This document shows, piece after piece, positions 27,320 to 39,718 of a stretch of 64,000 nt of DNA. Within the stretch, counting starts at the first letter, position 1, and each line of letters opens with the position of its first letter. The position numbers were made by a program, and so were the translations under genes. The stretch is taken from the NCBI GenBank assembly GCA_040389905.1, contig JAZJZK010000014.1:192001-256000 (forward strand), read 5' to 3'. The stretch comes from Gemmatimonadota bacterium. Lineage in GTDB: Bacteria; Gemmatimonadota; Gemmatimonadetes; Gemmatimonadales; Gemmatimonadaceae. The notes beneath the pieces are model-generated. The model did not search any database. It was not told the origin of the DNA and saw only the letters and a program-made list of their open reading frames with translations.

Positions 27320-29718
27320 TGCCGCTCCGATTGCATCGCATGCTCGCCGCGCTCGCCCTCGCGATCGCCTCTACGCAATCGTCCGCCGCCGCGCAGTCGC
27401 GATCACCCGATTCGACGTTCGCCGATCTCTCGCGCGACGGCAACGGCGTCGCCGCCCTCCTTCGTCCGATCACGGCGGGATTCTCCGGGCAGACGGCGGA
27501 GGCGGCATTCAAGGCAATTGCCGCGACAGCGCGATTGAGCTTCACGCTCGATCCGCGCCTCTCAGGGATGCAAAGCAGGATCACGATCCCTTCCTCAGTT
27601 CGTTCGGCCGCCGTGGCGCTCATCGAAGTCGCCGACGCGAGCAACCTGCGCGTTCGCGTCTCGCCGAGCGGCCAGATCATCGTCGTCGAAGCACGGGCAT
27701 CGGCACCGGCGGCGCGCAGCGCGACACCGGATACAACGCGACGTGACCCTGTCGTGCTCGCCGCGGTCCATGCGGAAGCCGAGCGGCTCGAGCGCGTGCG
27801 GTTCGCATCGCGCACCGATGTCGGAGGCATCTCGATCACTGGCCGTGAGCTGCGAAGCGCGCCCGCGTTCGTCGAACCCGACGTGTTGCGTTCCGTTCAG
27901 CTGATGCCGGGCATCTCCGCGCGCAGCGACTACACGGCGGGCTTCAACGTGCGCGGCGGTGAGAACGATCAGAATCTCATCCTCATCGACGGCTATCCGA
28001 TTTACAGTCCGTTTCACTTTGGCGGGATCTTCAGCACGTTCATCGATGCGACGGTCGGGCGCGTCGAGCTACACCGCGGTGGCATGCCGGTGCAATACGG
28101 CGGCAGGCTCTCGGGCGTCATCGATGTCAGCCCGGCAGAGCCCACGAGCACGGGGACGCACGGCACGGCAGAGGTGTCACTCGTGTCTTCTTCGGCATCG
28201 GTCGGGCGAGTGTTCGCCGACGGCGCCGGCTCGTGGATGATCGCGGCTCGGCGCACCTACGCGGACGCGATCGTCAACCGGTTCAGCTCGGACACGTTTC
28301 CCTATCACTTCCAGGATGGTCAGGCTCACGTCGCGCGCTCCTGGGCCAATGGCGTCCGCATGTCGGCCACCGCATATGCCGGCGCCGATGTGCTGACGCC
28401 CGTTTTGAACTACTCGTTCGATAACTGGTGGGGCAATGGCGTCGCCGGCGTGACGGCGGCGAAGCGCTTCGACAACGCTCGCCTGTTCGGCATTCGGCTC
28501 GGAGACAGCGTGACAATCGAGCAACGCGCGTCGCTCACGCGCTTCTCATCGCAGATCGCTATTCCGGAAATTGTGTACCTGGCGACCGATCGCGTCACCG
28601 ACCGCCGTTTGGCCGGCTCCATCGCCGCGCACAGCGCAGGAAGCACGCGAACGCTCGGGTACGAGCTGTCGTTTCAGGATCTCGACTACCACTCGAACTC
28701 GTCGTTCGCCGGCCTCGCCGACATCATTCCCTTCGATTCGATCCGGCAGCAGTCGCGTGCCTCGAGTGTCTATGCGGATCAGCTCTGGCGCCCTACCACG
28801 AAGCTGCTCCTTCAGGTAGGCGGGCGCGTCGACGCGGTCCAGGCCAGCGACTGGATCGGATTCTCACCCCGCGTGTCGATGAAGTACTGGCTCGACCGCA
28901 ACCTCGCGGTCACGGCGGCCGCGGGCAGCTACGCACAGTGGATGCACTCGCTCGGACGGGAAGAGGAGCCGATCCAGCCGATTCAATTCTGGATCGCCAG
29001 CGACTCGACGCTCCCCGTCTCGCGTTCGCACGACGCGATCGTCGGCGTCGAACGATGGATGAACCCGACGCGATTCTTTCACGTCGAAGCGTTCTACAAA
29101 CGTTACGACGACCTGCTCACACCAAATCCCTACAACGATGCCGGGGTCCGCGGCGACGAGTTCTATCGGGCGCGCGGCGCGTCGTACGGCGCTGATGTGA
29201 TGCTGCGCCAACTCGACGGCGGGCCGTTCAGCGGTTGGTTGGCATATACGTATTCCGTCAGCACACGCGAGCGTGCCGATGGCCTCCGCTATTTCCCCAC
29301 GCAGGATCGCCGGCACAACCTCAATCTCGTCGGTAGCTGGCGATCGGGCGCATACACCCTCGGCGCGCGTGCGAACATCGCATCGGGGTTGCCCGGAACG
29401 CCGTTGATCGGCGGATACATTCGCGCGCGCTACGATCCGATCGCGCGCCGCTGGACCCCGGACGCCACCTTCGATGAGCAGGTCATCCCCGGCGAGTACA
29501 ATTCCGTCCGCTTCCCCAAGTACAGTCGGATCGACGTGAGCGCAACGCGCGCCGGTCGGATGTGGGGCGCGTCCGTGTCTCCGTATCTCAGCGTCGTGAA
29601 CCTGCTGAACGCGCATAACCCGGCGGGGTTCCTGTACGACTATAGCACGCGATCGAACCGCGCCTCGGTACCAAACCTGCCCTTCGCGCCCACCTTGGGG
29701 GTGTCCATTGCGTATTGA
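27319..29718 (+). CDS. TonB-dependent receptor with N-terminal signalling extension
   Basis: ATG overlaps the fecR stop. Signal peptide, plug EPDVLRSVQLMPG…NVRGG..DQNL, YGGRLSGVI, C-terminal aromatic residue. Confidence 0.88.
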   Translation: MPLRLHRMLAALALAIASTQSSAAAQSRSPDSTFADLSRDGNGVAALLRPITAGFSGQTAEAAFKAIAATARLSFTLDPRLSGMQSRITIPSSVRSAAVALIEVADASNLRVRVSPSGQIIVVEARASAPAARSATPDTTRRDPVVLAAVHAEAERLERVRFASRTDVGGISITGRELRSAPAFVEPDVLRSVQLMPGISARSDYTAGFNVRGGENDQNLILIDGYPIYSPFHFGGIFSTFIDATVGRVELHRGGMPVQYGGRLSGVIDVSPAEPTSTGTHGTAEVSLVSSSASVGRVFADGAGSWMIAARRTYADAIVNRFSSDTFPYHFQDGQAHVARSWANGVRMSATAYAGADVLTPVLNYSFDNWWGNGVAGVTAAKRFDNARLFGIRLGDSVTIEQRASLTRFSSQIAIPEIVYLATDRVTDRRLAGSIAAHSAGSTRTLGYELSFQDLDYHSNSSFAGLADIIPFDSIRQQSRASSVYADQLWRPTTKLLLQVGGRVDAVQASDWIGFSPRVSMKYWLDRNLAVTAAAGSYAQWMHSLGREEEPIQPIQFWIASDSTLPVSRSHDAIVGVERWMNPTRFFHVEAFYKRYDDLLTPNPYNDAGVRGDEFYRARGASYGADVMLRQLDGGPFSGWLAYTYSVSTRERADGLRYFPTQDRRHNLNLVGSWRSGAYTLGARANIASGLPGTPLIGGYIRARYDPIARRWTPDATFDEQVIPGEYNSVRFPKYSRIDVSATRAGRMWGASVSPYLSVVNLLNAHNPAGFLYDYSTRSNRASVPNLPFAPTLGVSIAY

Positions 29719-30529
29719 CGCGCGCCGCATCGCGGCGGCAACCGCACTCGCGGTGTTGGCCGGCTGTAGCCAGGAAGAACCACTGTTGCCGTCGGCTCAC
29801 GAGGTGATCGTGCACGCCCTGCTCGATGCCGGCGCACGTGACCAGTACGTCTTCGTGCAAACGACGAATGGCGCGTTCGATGAGGCGAAGCCGGTCGCGG
29901 GCGCCCTCGTCACGCTCACGCTGCCCGACGGACGCTCCCTCCGCGCTGATGAAGAGCGCGACAGCTCGCGCTTCATCACGGATAACGATGAGCCGCGCGT
30001 CACGTCGGCGTACCGCTTCTCACTCGACAAGCTCGGCTTCTCGATTGTACCGGGGGGTACGTATCGCCTGCGCGTCGAGCTCCCCGACGCGCGCGTGGTG
30101 ACCGGGCACACGACGGTTCCGAACGCTGTTGCCATCTCGATCATGCCGCCCGCGCAGCTCTTCAACTACGTTCGCGATACGCTGTCCCTGGCCTGGCCGC
30201 GTGTGCCGGGCGCGCGGAGCTATGAGGTCAGCGTCAACTCGGGAGGTGACGCGCTCCACGGCCCGAACCGGAATCCAAGAGCCATCTTCGCTGACACGTC
30301 GATCAAGTTGAACAGCCGGACGCTCGAGGGATCGGGTGACCACGACTTCTTTGTCCGCGGCTACATGCACCGGCTCATCGTGAGCGCGGTGGACTCGAAC
30401 TACTACGATTACTACCGCCGGACGAGCGACAGCTTTACCGGCGTCGGCGTGATCGGCCATCTCGCCGGTGCGCTTGGGGTATTCGGGTCGATCGTGGAGA
30501 TCGACGCTCGAATGTTGGACGTGCGGTAG
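29708..30529 (+). CDS. Lipoprotein partner of the TBDR (DUF4249-like)
   Basis: Lipobox LAG-C, VAGALVTL, PGGTYRLRV, DSNYYDYY, GALGVFGS. Confidence 0.75.
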   Translation: MRIDARRIAAATALAVLAGCSQEEPLLPSAHEVIVHALLDAGARDQYVFVQTTNGAFDEAKPVAGALVTLTLPDGRSLRADEERDSSRFITDNDEPRVTSAYRFSLDKLGFSIVPGGTYRLRVELPDARVVTGHTTVPNAVAISIMPPAQLFNYVRDTLSLAWPRVPGARSYEVSVNSGGDALHGPNRNPRAIFADTSIKLNSRTLEGSGDHDFFVRGYMHRLIVSAVDSNYYDYYRRTSDSFTGVGVIGHLAGALGVFGSIVEIDARMLDVR

Positions 30530-30593
30530 TTGGACGCGAGTGGAAGAACTTCCAAATAGAGATAGCAGCGCTGTTTCTTGCTGCTTGGCAAGA

Positions 30594-30690
30594 GCAGAGG
30601 ACGCAGAGGACGAACAATCAAGAAACTTGGTTCCTTTGTCGTTGTTCCGCAGTCCTCTGCGACCTCTGCGGTTGACTGCTGTTGCAGTTT
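30594..30690. repeat. REP-like GCAGAGG palindromic element, second copy
   Basis: GCAGAGGACGCAGAGGAC … GTCCTCTGCGACCTCTGC, followed by a GTTG-rich flank. Confidence 0.8.
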
Positions 30691-30817
30691 GTAGCCCCCG
30701 TGGAACGTCGCGGTCTGCGGCTGCGCGAGCCCGTGACCCGTGGCGAACGATAGTGCGGCTCGCGTGATTGTTCTCCTGCCCGCAAGTTGATCCAAACCCT
30801 CGACAGGAGCCCCCCGC

Positions 30818-31306
30818 ATGACACCAGAACAACAACTCGTCGACGGCGCGTTGCGCACGTGGAAATCGAGCGTCGACCGGTTCGAGGCATCATTCACCAA
30901 GCTGTCCGACGAACAGTTGGAAGCACCGGTCGCTCCGGGTCGCAACCGGCTGCTCTACCTGCTCGGACACATCGCCGCTGTGCACGACCGCATGCTGCCG
31001 CTGCTCGGGATCGGACCGCAGCGTCACCCGGAGCTGGACGCGACCTTCCTCCTGAACCCGGACAGCGGCGGGCCGGCACCGGTGTCCGGTGCTGCATTGA
31101 AGGAGATCCTGCACGAGGTGGACGGGGCGCTCTGGGACGCGTTCAGCAGTTGGACGCCGGCAGACTGGCTCTCCCGGCACACGTCTGTCTCGGAGGACGA
31201 CTTCGCGAAGGAACCGCACCGCAACCGCTTCAGTGTGTTGCTCAGCAGGAATTCGCATCTGCAGTTCCACCATGGGCAGGTAGTACTGACCGAACCGCGT
31301 GCCTGA
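30818..31306 (+). CDS. DinB family protein
   Basis: LSDEQLEAPVAPGRNR..YLLGH, EPHRNRFSVL…HLQFHHGQ. RBS AGGAG. Confidence 0.85.
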   Translation: MTPEQQLVDGALRTWKSSVDRFEASFTKLSDEQLEAPVAPGRNRLLYLLGHIAAVHDRMLPLLGIGPQRHPELDATFLLNPDSGGPAPVSGAALKEILHEVDGALWDAFSSWTPADWLSRHTSVSEDDFAKEPHRNRFSVLLSRNSHLQFHHGQVVLTEPRA

Positions 31307-31344
31307 AGGTGACGAGCGGGCTCCCAAGCACTTACACTGTTGCC

Positions 31345-32652
31345 ATGTCAGGCACAGAGCGCGAGCCCGCACGTCAGTACGCCGCCAATCGGCGTGACGT
31401 TCGCTTTCTCCTCACCATGGCGCGCGCGCTGCACACCGCGGGCACCACCGCACAGCGCCTCGAGGATTCCCTCGCACTGATCGCCCGGGGGCTGGGAATC
31501 ACCAACGCGCAGTTCTTCTCGACGCCGACGAGCATCATGTGCGCCTTCGGTGAGCTGGAACGTCAGGAGACGCACCTGCTCCGCCTTGCGCCAGCAGGGC
31601 CGAACATCGGGCGCCTGTCGAAGCTCGACCGGGTGGTCTCCGACGTGCTCGACACGAAGATCACCACGACCGAAGCGTTGCAGCGGGTCGAGGAGATCGA
31701 GAAGGCGCCATCGCCGTATGGGGTGCTCGTCACGGTGTTCGCCTTTGGGCTCGGCTCCGCCGGTATCGCGCGATTCCTCGGCGGTGGCGTCAAGGAGATT
31801 CTGGTCGGTGCGATGCTCGGCCTCATCACCGGATCGCTCGAAGCGCTGGCAGAATGGCGTCCGTCGCTCGAGCGCGTGTATGAGCCGATTGCCGCGTTCG
31901 TGGCCGCCTTTCTTGCGACGAGTCTCGCGACGCTCCTCGGCCCGTACGCGGCATCGACCGCAATCCTCGCCGGCATCATCGTCTTGCTTCCCGGCCTCGT
32001 GCTGACGAACGCGGTTCGAGAACTCGCCGAACGACATCTTGCCTCTGGAACGGCGCGACTCGCCGGCGCGGTGATGATCCTGCTCGCGCTGGTCTTCGGT
32101 GTCGCGCTGGGCGATCGCGCAGCGGTGCTCTTGTTCGGCAACATCCGCGAACTGAGCCCCGTCGCGCTCCCGTGGTGGACACTCGGCGTCGCGATCGTGG
32201 CAACGGGTGCGAGCTTCGTGGTGATTCTCAAGGCAGAACCGCGCGACACGGCGTGGATCGTGGGTGCGTGCGCGACCAGCTATCTCCTCGCGAGCACCTC
32301 GGTGCGTCTGGCCGGACCAGAGATCGGCTTGTTCGTTGCCGCGCTGAGTGACGGCCTTGCAGCCGCGCTCTGGGGCCGCTGGCGCGATCGCCCGCAAAGC
32401 GTCGTCCTGGTGCCCGCCATCCTTATGCTCGTGCCGGGAAGCGTGGGATTCCGCAGCCTGAACAGCCTTCTCGAACAGAACGTCATCGCGGGTGTCCAGA
32501 CTGCATTCGCGATGATCCTTGCGGCGACCGCGCTCTCGGCTGGGCTCCTCGTCGCAACGTCAGTCGGCGAGGGGTGGCGGCGAATGAGAAAGGGGCCGCG
32601 AGTCCCAATTCTTACGGACGAGCATCCCGCCATGCCTATGCCCCCGCTCTGA
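31345..32652 (+). CDS. Threonine/serine exporter (ThrE) family membrane protein
   Basis: RLED, FSTPTS, LLPGL.LTNAVRELA.RHL.SG.ARL, LMLVPGS. About 10 TM helices. Confidence 0.88.
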   Translation: MSGTEREPARQYAANRRDVRFLLTMARALHTAGTTAQRLEDSLALIARGLGITNAQFFSTPTSIMCAFGELERQETHLLRLAPAGPNIGRLSKLDRVVSDVLDTKITTTEALQRVEEIEKAPSPYGVLVTVFAFGLGSAGIARFLGGGVKEILVGAMLGLITGSLEALAEWRPSLERVYEPIAAFVAAFLATSLATLLGPYAASTAILAGIIVLLPGLVLTNAVRELAERHLASGTARLAGAVMILLALVFGVALGDRAAVLLFGNIRELSPVALPWWTLGVAIVATGASFVVILKAEPRDTAWIVGACATSYLLASTSVRLAGPEIGLFVAALSDGLAAALWGRWRDRPQSVVLVPAILMLVPGSVGFRSLNSLLEQNVIAGVQTAFAMILAATALSAGLLVATSVGEGWRRMRKGPRVPILTDEHPAMPMPPL

Positions 32653-32691
32653 CGACGGCGTTCGGCCGGATCGAGGCTGCGGGGTGAGTGG

Positions 32692-32725
32692 GCGGCCTTC
32701 ATTCCAATTTTGGAATGAAGGCCGC
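32692..32725. terminator. Perfect hairpin between convergent genes, probably a bidirectional terminator
   Basis: GCGGCCTTCATTCCAA-TT-TTGGAATGAAGGCCGC. No strong U tract. Confidence 0.6.
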
Positions 32726-32760
32726 TGGACGAGGAGATGAAATGCAGATACCTCCGCCGA

Positions 32761-35827
<3,067 letters not shown>

Positions 35828-35921
35828 GGAGCGAGGATTCGTGTGGGCGAGATTGCTCGACGTCAGTCAGATTATACCAGTGACACGGCCCCGTTGGCCA
35901 TTCTTTCCCCAGCGCATTCGA

Positions 35922-36329
35922 ATGAACAGCCTCTACCACGCACACTCCGGCCTCCGTTTTCTCATCCTTCTCGCCGCGGCCGCGAGCCTCATCGTCCTTG
36001 CCGCCGGACTCGCGACGGGCAAGCCGCTCCGAGCCACTCGGGCAGTAACGGCATCGTTCACCGGGCTGCTCGACCTCCAGGTGCTGCTCGGCATCGGTCT
36101 CGTCATCGGCGGATTGCTGACCGATGCCGCGACCGGGCATCTCGTCATGATGGTGCTCGCCGTGGTCGTTGCGCACGCCACATCCATACTGGCCGCTCGC
36201 GCGAAGGACGATCGGCGTGAGTTGCTGACGCGACTCATCGGCATCACACTCGCCCTGATGCTCATCGTTGGTGGCATCATGGCCATTGGGCGGGGTGTCT
36301 TCGGATCACTTCCGGCGAGCGTTGGCTAA
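35922..36329 (+). CDS. Small 4-TM membrane protein with His residues (cytochrome b-like)
   Basis: HAHSGLR, DLQVLLG, GHLVMM, VVAH. Four hydrophobic segments. Confidence 0.7.
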   Translation: MNSLYHAHSGLRFLILLAAAASLIVLAAGLATGKPLRATRAVTASFTGLLDLQVLLGIGLVIGGLLTDAATGHLVMMVLAVVVAHATSILAARAKDDRRELLTRLIGITLALMLIVGGIMAIGRGVFGSLPASVG

Positions 36330-36345
36330 CAGGTCAGCGCGCGCG

Positions 36346-37146
36346 ATGCTGTTGTCGGTCATCGTCGGGCTGCTCTCGAGCGCGTGCCACGGTGGGTTCA
36401 ACTATCTCGAGCGCGATGCGCCTCGGTACTGGCAGCAGGTTCCGCCGGGCCAGCCCACGCGCTCCCGCGGCGACACCCTGCGGGTCGTGACGTTCAACAT
36501 CGCGTTCGCGAGGAACATCGACAGCGCGATCGTGGTGCTGTCCAACGACGCCATGCTCCGGCGAGCCGATGTCGTCCTGCTTCAGGAGATGACGGCGTCG
36601 GCGACGCAGCGCATCGCCAGCGCACTCCAGATGGGCTATGTGTACTATCCAGCCATCTTTCACTACCGCAGCGCACAGGACTTTGGCAACGCGGTGCTGT
36701 CTCGATGGCCTATCGTGGGAGACGACAAGCTCATCCTTCCACACCGCTCCCGTTATGCGAGCACGCAGCGGTCGGCGACAGCCGTTACGCTGCAGGTGGA
36801 TTCGGTGCGCGTGCGGGTGTACTCGACGCATCTCGGTACACCGGCCGACATTGGTGCCGGCGCGCGGCGCGAGCAGCTCGAGACCATCGTGGCTGATTCG
36901 AAAGCATTCGTGTACGTCATCCTTGGTGGGGACATGAACTCGTCGTCACTCAGCGACATCGCGCGAGCGGGAGGATTTGCCTGGCCGACGGAACACGAAG
37001 CACGCACGACGCGATTCGGGGCGTGGGACCACCTTCTCGTGCGCGGCCTCGAGATTCCGGTGCACAATGTCGCGGGAATCTCGGAGCGAAGCGCAGGCGT
37101 CAGCGACCACAGGGCCGTGTGGGCGTCGGTGCTGCTTCCGCAATAG
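36346..37146 (+). CDS. Endonuclease/exonuclease/phosphatase family lipoprotein
   Basis: LSSA-C, TFNI, LQE, GNAVLSRWP, STHL, GDMN, DH, SDH. Confidence 0.88.
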   Translation: MLLSVIVGLLSSACHGGFNYLERDAPRYWQQVPPGQPTRSRGDTLRVVTFNIAFARNIDSAIVVLSNDAMLRRADVVLLQEMTASATQRIASALQMGYVYYPAIFHYRSAQDFGNAVLSRWPIVGDDKLILPHRSRYASTQRSATAVTLQVDSVRVRVYSTHLGTPADIGAGARREQLETIVADSKAFVYVILGGDMNSSSLSDIARAGGFAWPTEHEARTTRFGAWDHLLVRGLEIPVHNVAGISERSAGVSDHRAVWASVLLPQ

Positions 37147-37184
37147 TGGCGGAACCGTAAACCCGCGCGGAGGATTTGCCTCCC

Positions 37185-38237
37185 ATGAACTCACAGGTCG
37201 AACTCGGGCTCGATACCTTCGGCGACGTCACGCGCACCGCCGACGGGCAGACGGTTTCCCACGCGCAGGTGATTCGCGACATCGTCAGCGAAGCCGTTCT
37301 CGCCGACGAACTCGGCGTCGACTTCATCGGCGTCGGGGAGCATCATCGCGATGATTTCGCCGTCTCGTCGCCCGAGATGGTGCTTGCGGCGATCGCCGGC
37401 CAAACCAAGCGCATCCACCTTGGCTCGGCGGTCACGGTACTCAGCTCCGACGATCCAATCCGCGTCTTCCAGCGCTTTTCGACGCTCAATGCCGTTTCGA
37501 ATGGGAGAGCAGAGGTCATCCTCGGACGCGGCTCGTTCACCGAATCGTTCCCGCTCTTCGGCTATTCGCTCGATCAGTATGAAGTGCTCTTCGAGGAGAA
37601 GCTGAGTCTCTATGCCGCGATGCTCGAAGCCGATCGCGAGGGCACATCGGTCTCGTGGCGTGGAACGACGCGTGCTCCGCTCGCGGGAGGTCGCGTCGTT
37701 CCGCGCACGGACAGCGGCAGTCTCACGACCTGGATCGGGGTCGGCGGAAGTCCCGAGTCAGTGGTCCGCGCTGCCCGCTATGGCATGCAGTTGATGCTCG
37801 CGATCATTGGCGGCTCACCACGCCGCTTCGCGCCGTATGTCGATCTCTACCACCGGGCCCTGTCAGAGCTTGGCGGCAGTGCGCTCCCCATCGGCGTACA
37901 TTCGCCTGGGCACGTCGCAGAGAGCGACGCGCAGGCGCGGGAAGAGATCTGGCCGGCCTATCGGGAGTTGCGGAACCGTATCGGCGCCGAACGTGGCTGG
38001 CCGCCGACCAGTCGCGCGGAATTCGAGCACGAGATCGAAGCGGGGTCGCTCTATGTGGGCGCGCCGGACACGGTCGCGCGTAAGATTGCGTCGACGGTCC
38101 AGGCGCTTGGCCTCAGTCGCTTCGACATGAAGTACAGCTCGGGGCCACTCGGCCACGACGCCATGATGCGGAGCATCGCACTCTATGGACGCGAGGTGAT
38201 GCCGCGCGTGCACGACCTCCTCACGTCGACAAGTTGA
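37185..38237 (+). CDS. LLM-class flavin-dependent oxidoreductase
   Basis: GVGEHHRDDF, SAVTVLSSDDPIRVFQRF, GRGSFTESFPLFG. Confidence 0.93.
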   Translation: MNSQVELGLDTFGDVTRTADGQTVSHAQVIRDIVSEAVLADELGVDFIGVGEHHRDDFAVSSPEMVLAAIAGQTKRIHLGSAVTVLSSDDPIRVFQRFSTLNAVSNGRAEVILGRGSFTESFPLFGYSLDQYEVLFEEKLSLYAAMLEADREGTSVSWRGTTRAPLAGGRVVPRTDSGSLTTWIGVGGSPESVVRAARYGMQLMLAIIGGSPRRFAPYVDLYHRALSELGGSALPIGVHSPGHVAESDAQAREEIWPAYRELRNRIGAERGWPPTSRAEFEHEIEAGSLYVGAPDTVARKIASTVQALGLSRFDMKYSSGPLGHDAMMRSIALYGREVMPRVHDLLTSTS

Positions 38238-38242
38238 AAACT

Positions 38243-38318
38243 TGAACCACAGAGGACACAGAGGCACGGAGAACAACGTAAGTGTTTTCTCTGTGACCTC
38301 TGTGTCCTCTGTGGTTCA
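38243..38318. repeat. REP-like ACAGAGG palindromic element, third variant copy
   Basis: TGAACCACAGAGGACACAGAGG … CCTCTGTGTCCTCTGTGGTTCA (perfect 22 bp outer stem), followed by TTGTTGTTGTCGTT. Confidence 0.85.
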
Positions 38319-38355
38319 TTTGTTGTTGTCGTTCCTGAGTCTTCACGACCTCTGC

Positions 38356-39528
38356 CTACTGAACCTGGATGTAGAGGGGTACGGGCCAGAGCCGCAGGAT
38401 CTCCGCGCGCGACGTCGGCGGCCGGTCGTTCTTCAACTTCGAAAATTGTTTCCATCCCGTGTACTGCACGGGCTCCCGCTTGATGTCGCGCCAATACGTA
38501 TCGCGCTTCATCCACGGCGGACCGAATCCGTCCATGTGCATGACGATCTGCACGCGCGGGTCGAGCGCGATCTTCTTCGTGTTCGTCACGCCGCCCGGCG
38601 TGAAGCGGTGCACGACGAGAATCTTCGGCGGCAGCTTGTATCGATCCACCAACCCGGCAAGGAACTTCGACGCATAGTTGATGTCCGCAGCGTCGTACGT
38701 ACCAACGCGCTTGCCGGGAATGCCTCCCTTCTTCATCGAGAACTCTGGATCGATGCCGAGATGCACATCCGGCCGAACGAGAAATTTCTCGATCCAGGGT
38801 AGCTCGTGTTCCAGCGTGCTCTGTCCCACCTGGAGATCGAGGAAGAGGAGGGCGTTCCGACTCTTCGCCCATCCGTACACCTTCTCGACCATCGCGCTGT
38901 CATGACGCGTCCGATACTTCCCGCTCACTCCAGGCTGGGCATCTGCAACGAGCACGATCAGGTGCAGCGCAGGTTGTGCGGGATGCGCCGGATCCACTCG
39001 GTTCCACGCCACGACTTCCGAGTCGAGCTTGCTCAGCATCTCTTCTGGTGGGAACGCACCAAGAATGCCCATGCGTTTCGAAAGCGGATTCCCATAGTAC
39101 GCCACGATACGCCGAACGGGCAGGATGCTTCCTGGCAATGGCTCGGGACCTTTCACCGGCCAGAGTGAATCGAGAGCCGCGCTGTCATCGCGAAACGCGG
39201 GGTGACGATCTCCCGATTTTGGGCCGAGCAAAGCGCCAGTGGCTCGCCGTCGCGTTGTGTCCGCCGGTGCCTTGGAGTCCGTGGTCGGCGCGGTGCGGAT
39301 TGTCGTCGTGTCCATCACCGTTGCTCGGCGCGCCGCCACGAGCGAATCGACAGAGTCTCTCAGCGCACGAGGCGTTGTGTCGCGCATGGCTTCGGCCTTC
39401 TGCCGCGCGCCCGAACCAGCCGCCTGAGCGCGCGCCGAGCCGTCGGAACACGCCAGTGTGGTACACGCGGTGAGGCCGATCAGTAGTCGACCAATTGGGG
39501 CAACGCTGTGGGCAAGCGCGCTGAACAT
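38356..39528 (-). CDS. Lipoprotein of unknown function (Thr-rich linker plus globular domain)
   Basis: TLA-C lipobox, YYGNPLSKRMGILG, FLDLQVG, HLGIDPEF, VVHRFT, MDGFG. Confidence 0.8.
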   Translation of the reverse strand: MFSALAHSVAPIGRLLIGLTACTTLACSDGSARAQAAGSGARQKAEAMRDTTPRALRDSVDSLVAARRATVMDTTTIRTAPTTDSKAPADTTRRRATGALLGPKSGDRHPAFRDDSAALDSLWPVKGPEPLPGSILPVRRIVAYYGNPLSKRMGILGAFPPEEMLSKLDSEVVAWNRVDPAHPAQPALHLIVLVADAQPGVSGKYRTRHDSAMVEKVYGWAKSRNALLFLDLQVGQSTLEHELPWIEKFLVRPDVHLGIDPEFSMKKGGIPGKRVGTYDAADINYASKFLAGLVDRYKLPPKILVVHRFTPGGVTNTKKIALDPRVQIVMHMDGFGPPWMKRDTYWRDIKREPVQYTGWKQFSKLKNDRPPTSRAEILRLWPVPLYIQVQ

Positions 39529-39718
39529 GGCTTGAGGAAACGAGTGGGGACGCCTGAAGTTCTGTATGATAGCACCCGCACCTCACCACTCGTGGCCGGG
39601 ATGCGCCGCCGCCAGCGCGCCCGGTGATCTGCGGCGGACATTCGGCGGATAGGCATTCCGCGGGGCCAAGGACGCGCTAGCTTCTTCGCTCTGCCACGAC
39701 CTCCACTTACGAGCGCGC

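Noticed and set aside
30787..31344. N-terminal extension of the ThrE ORF
   Set aside because: It overlaps the DinB gene in another frame and is Arg-rich nonsense. The real start is likely 31345.
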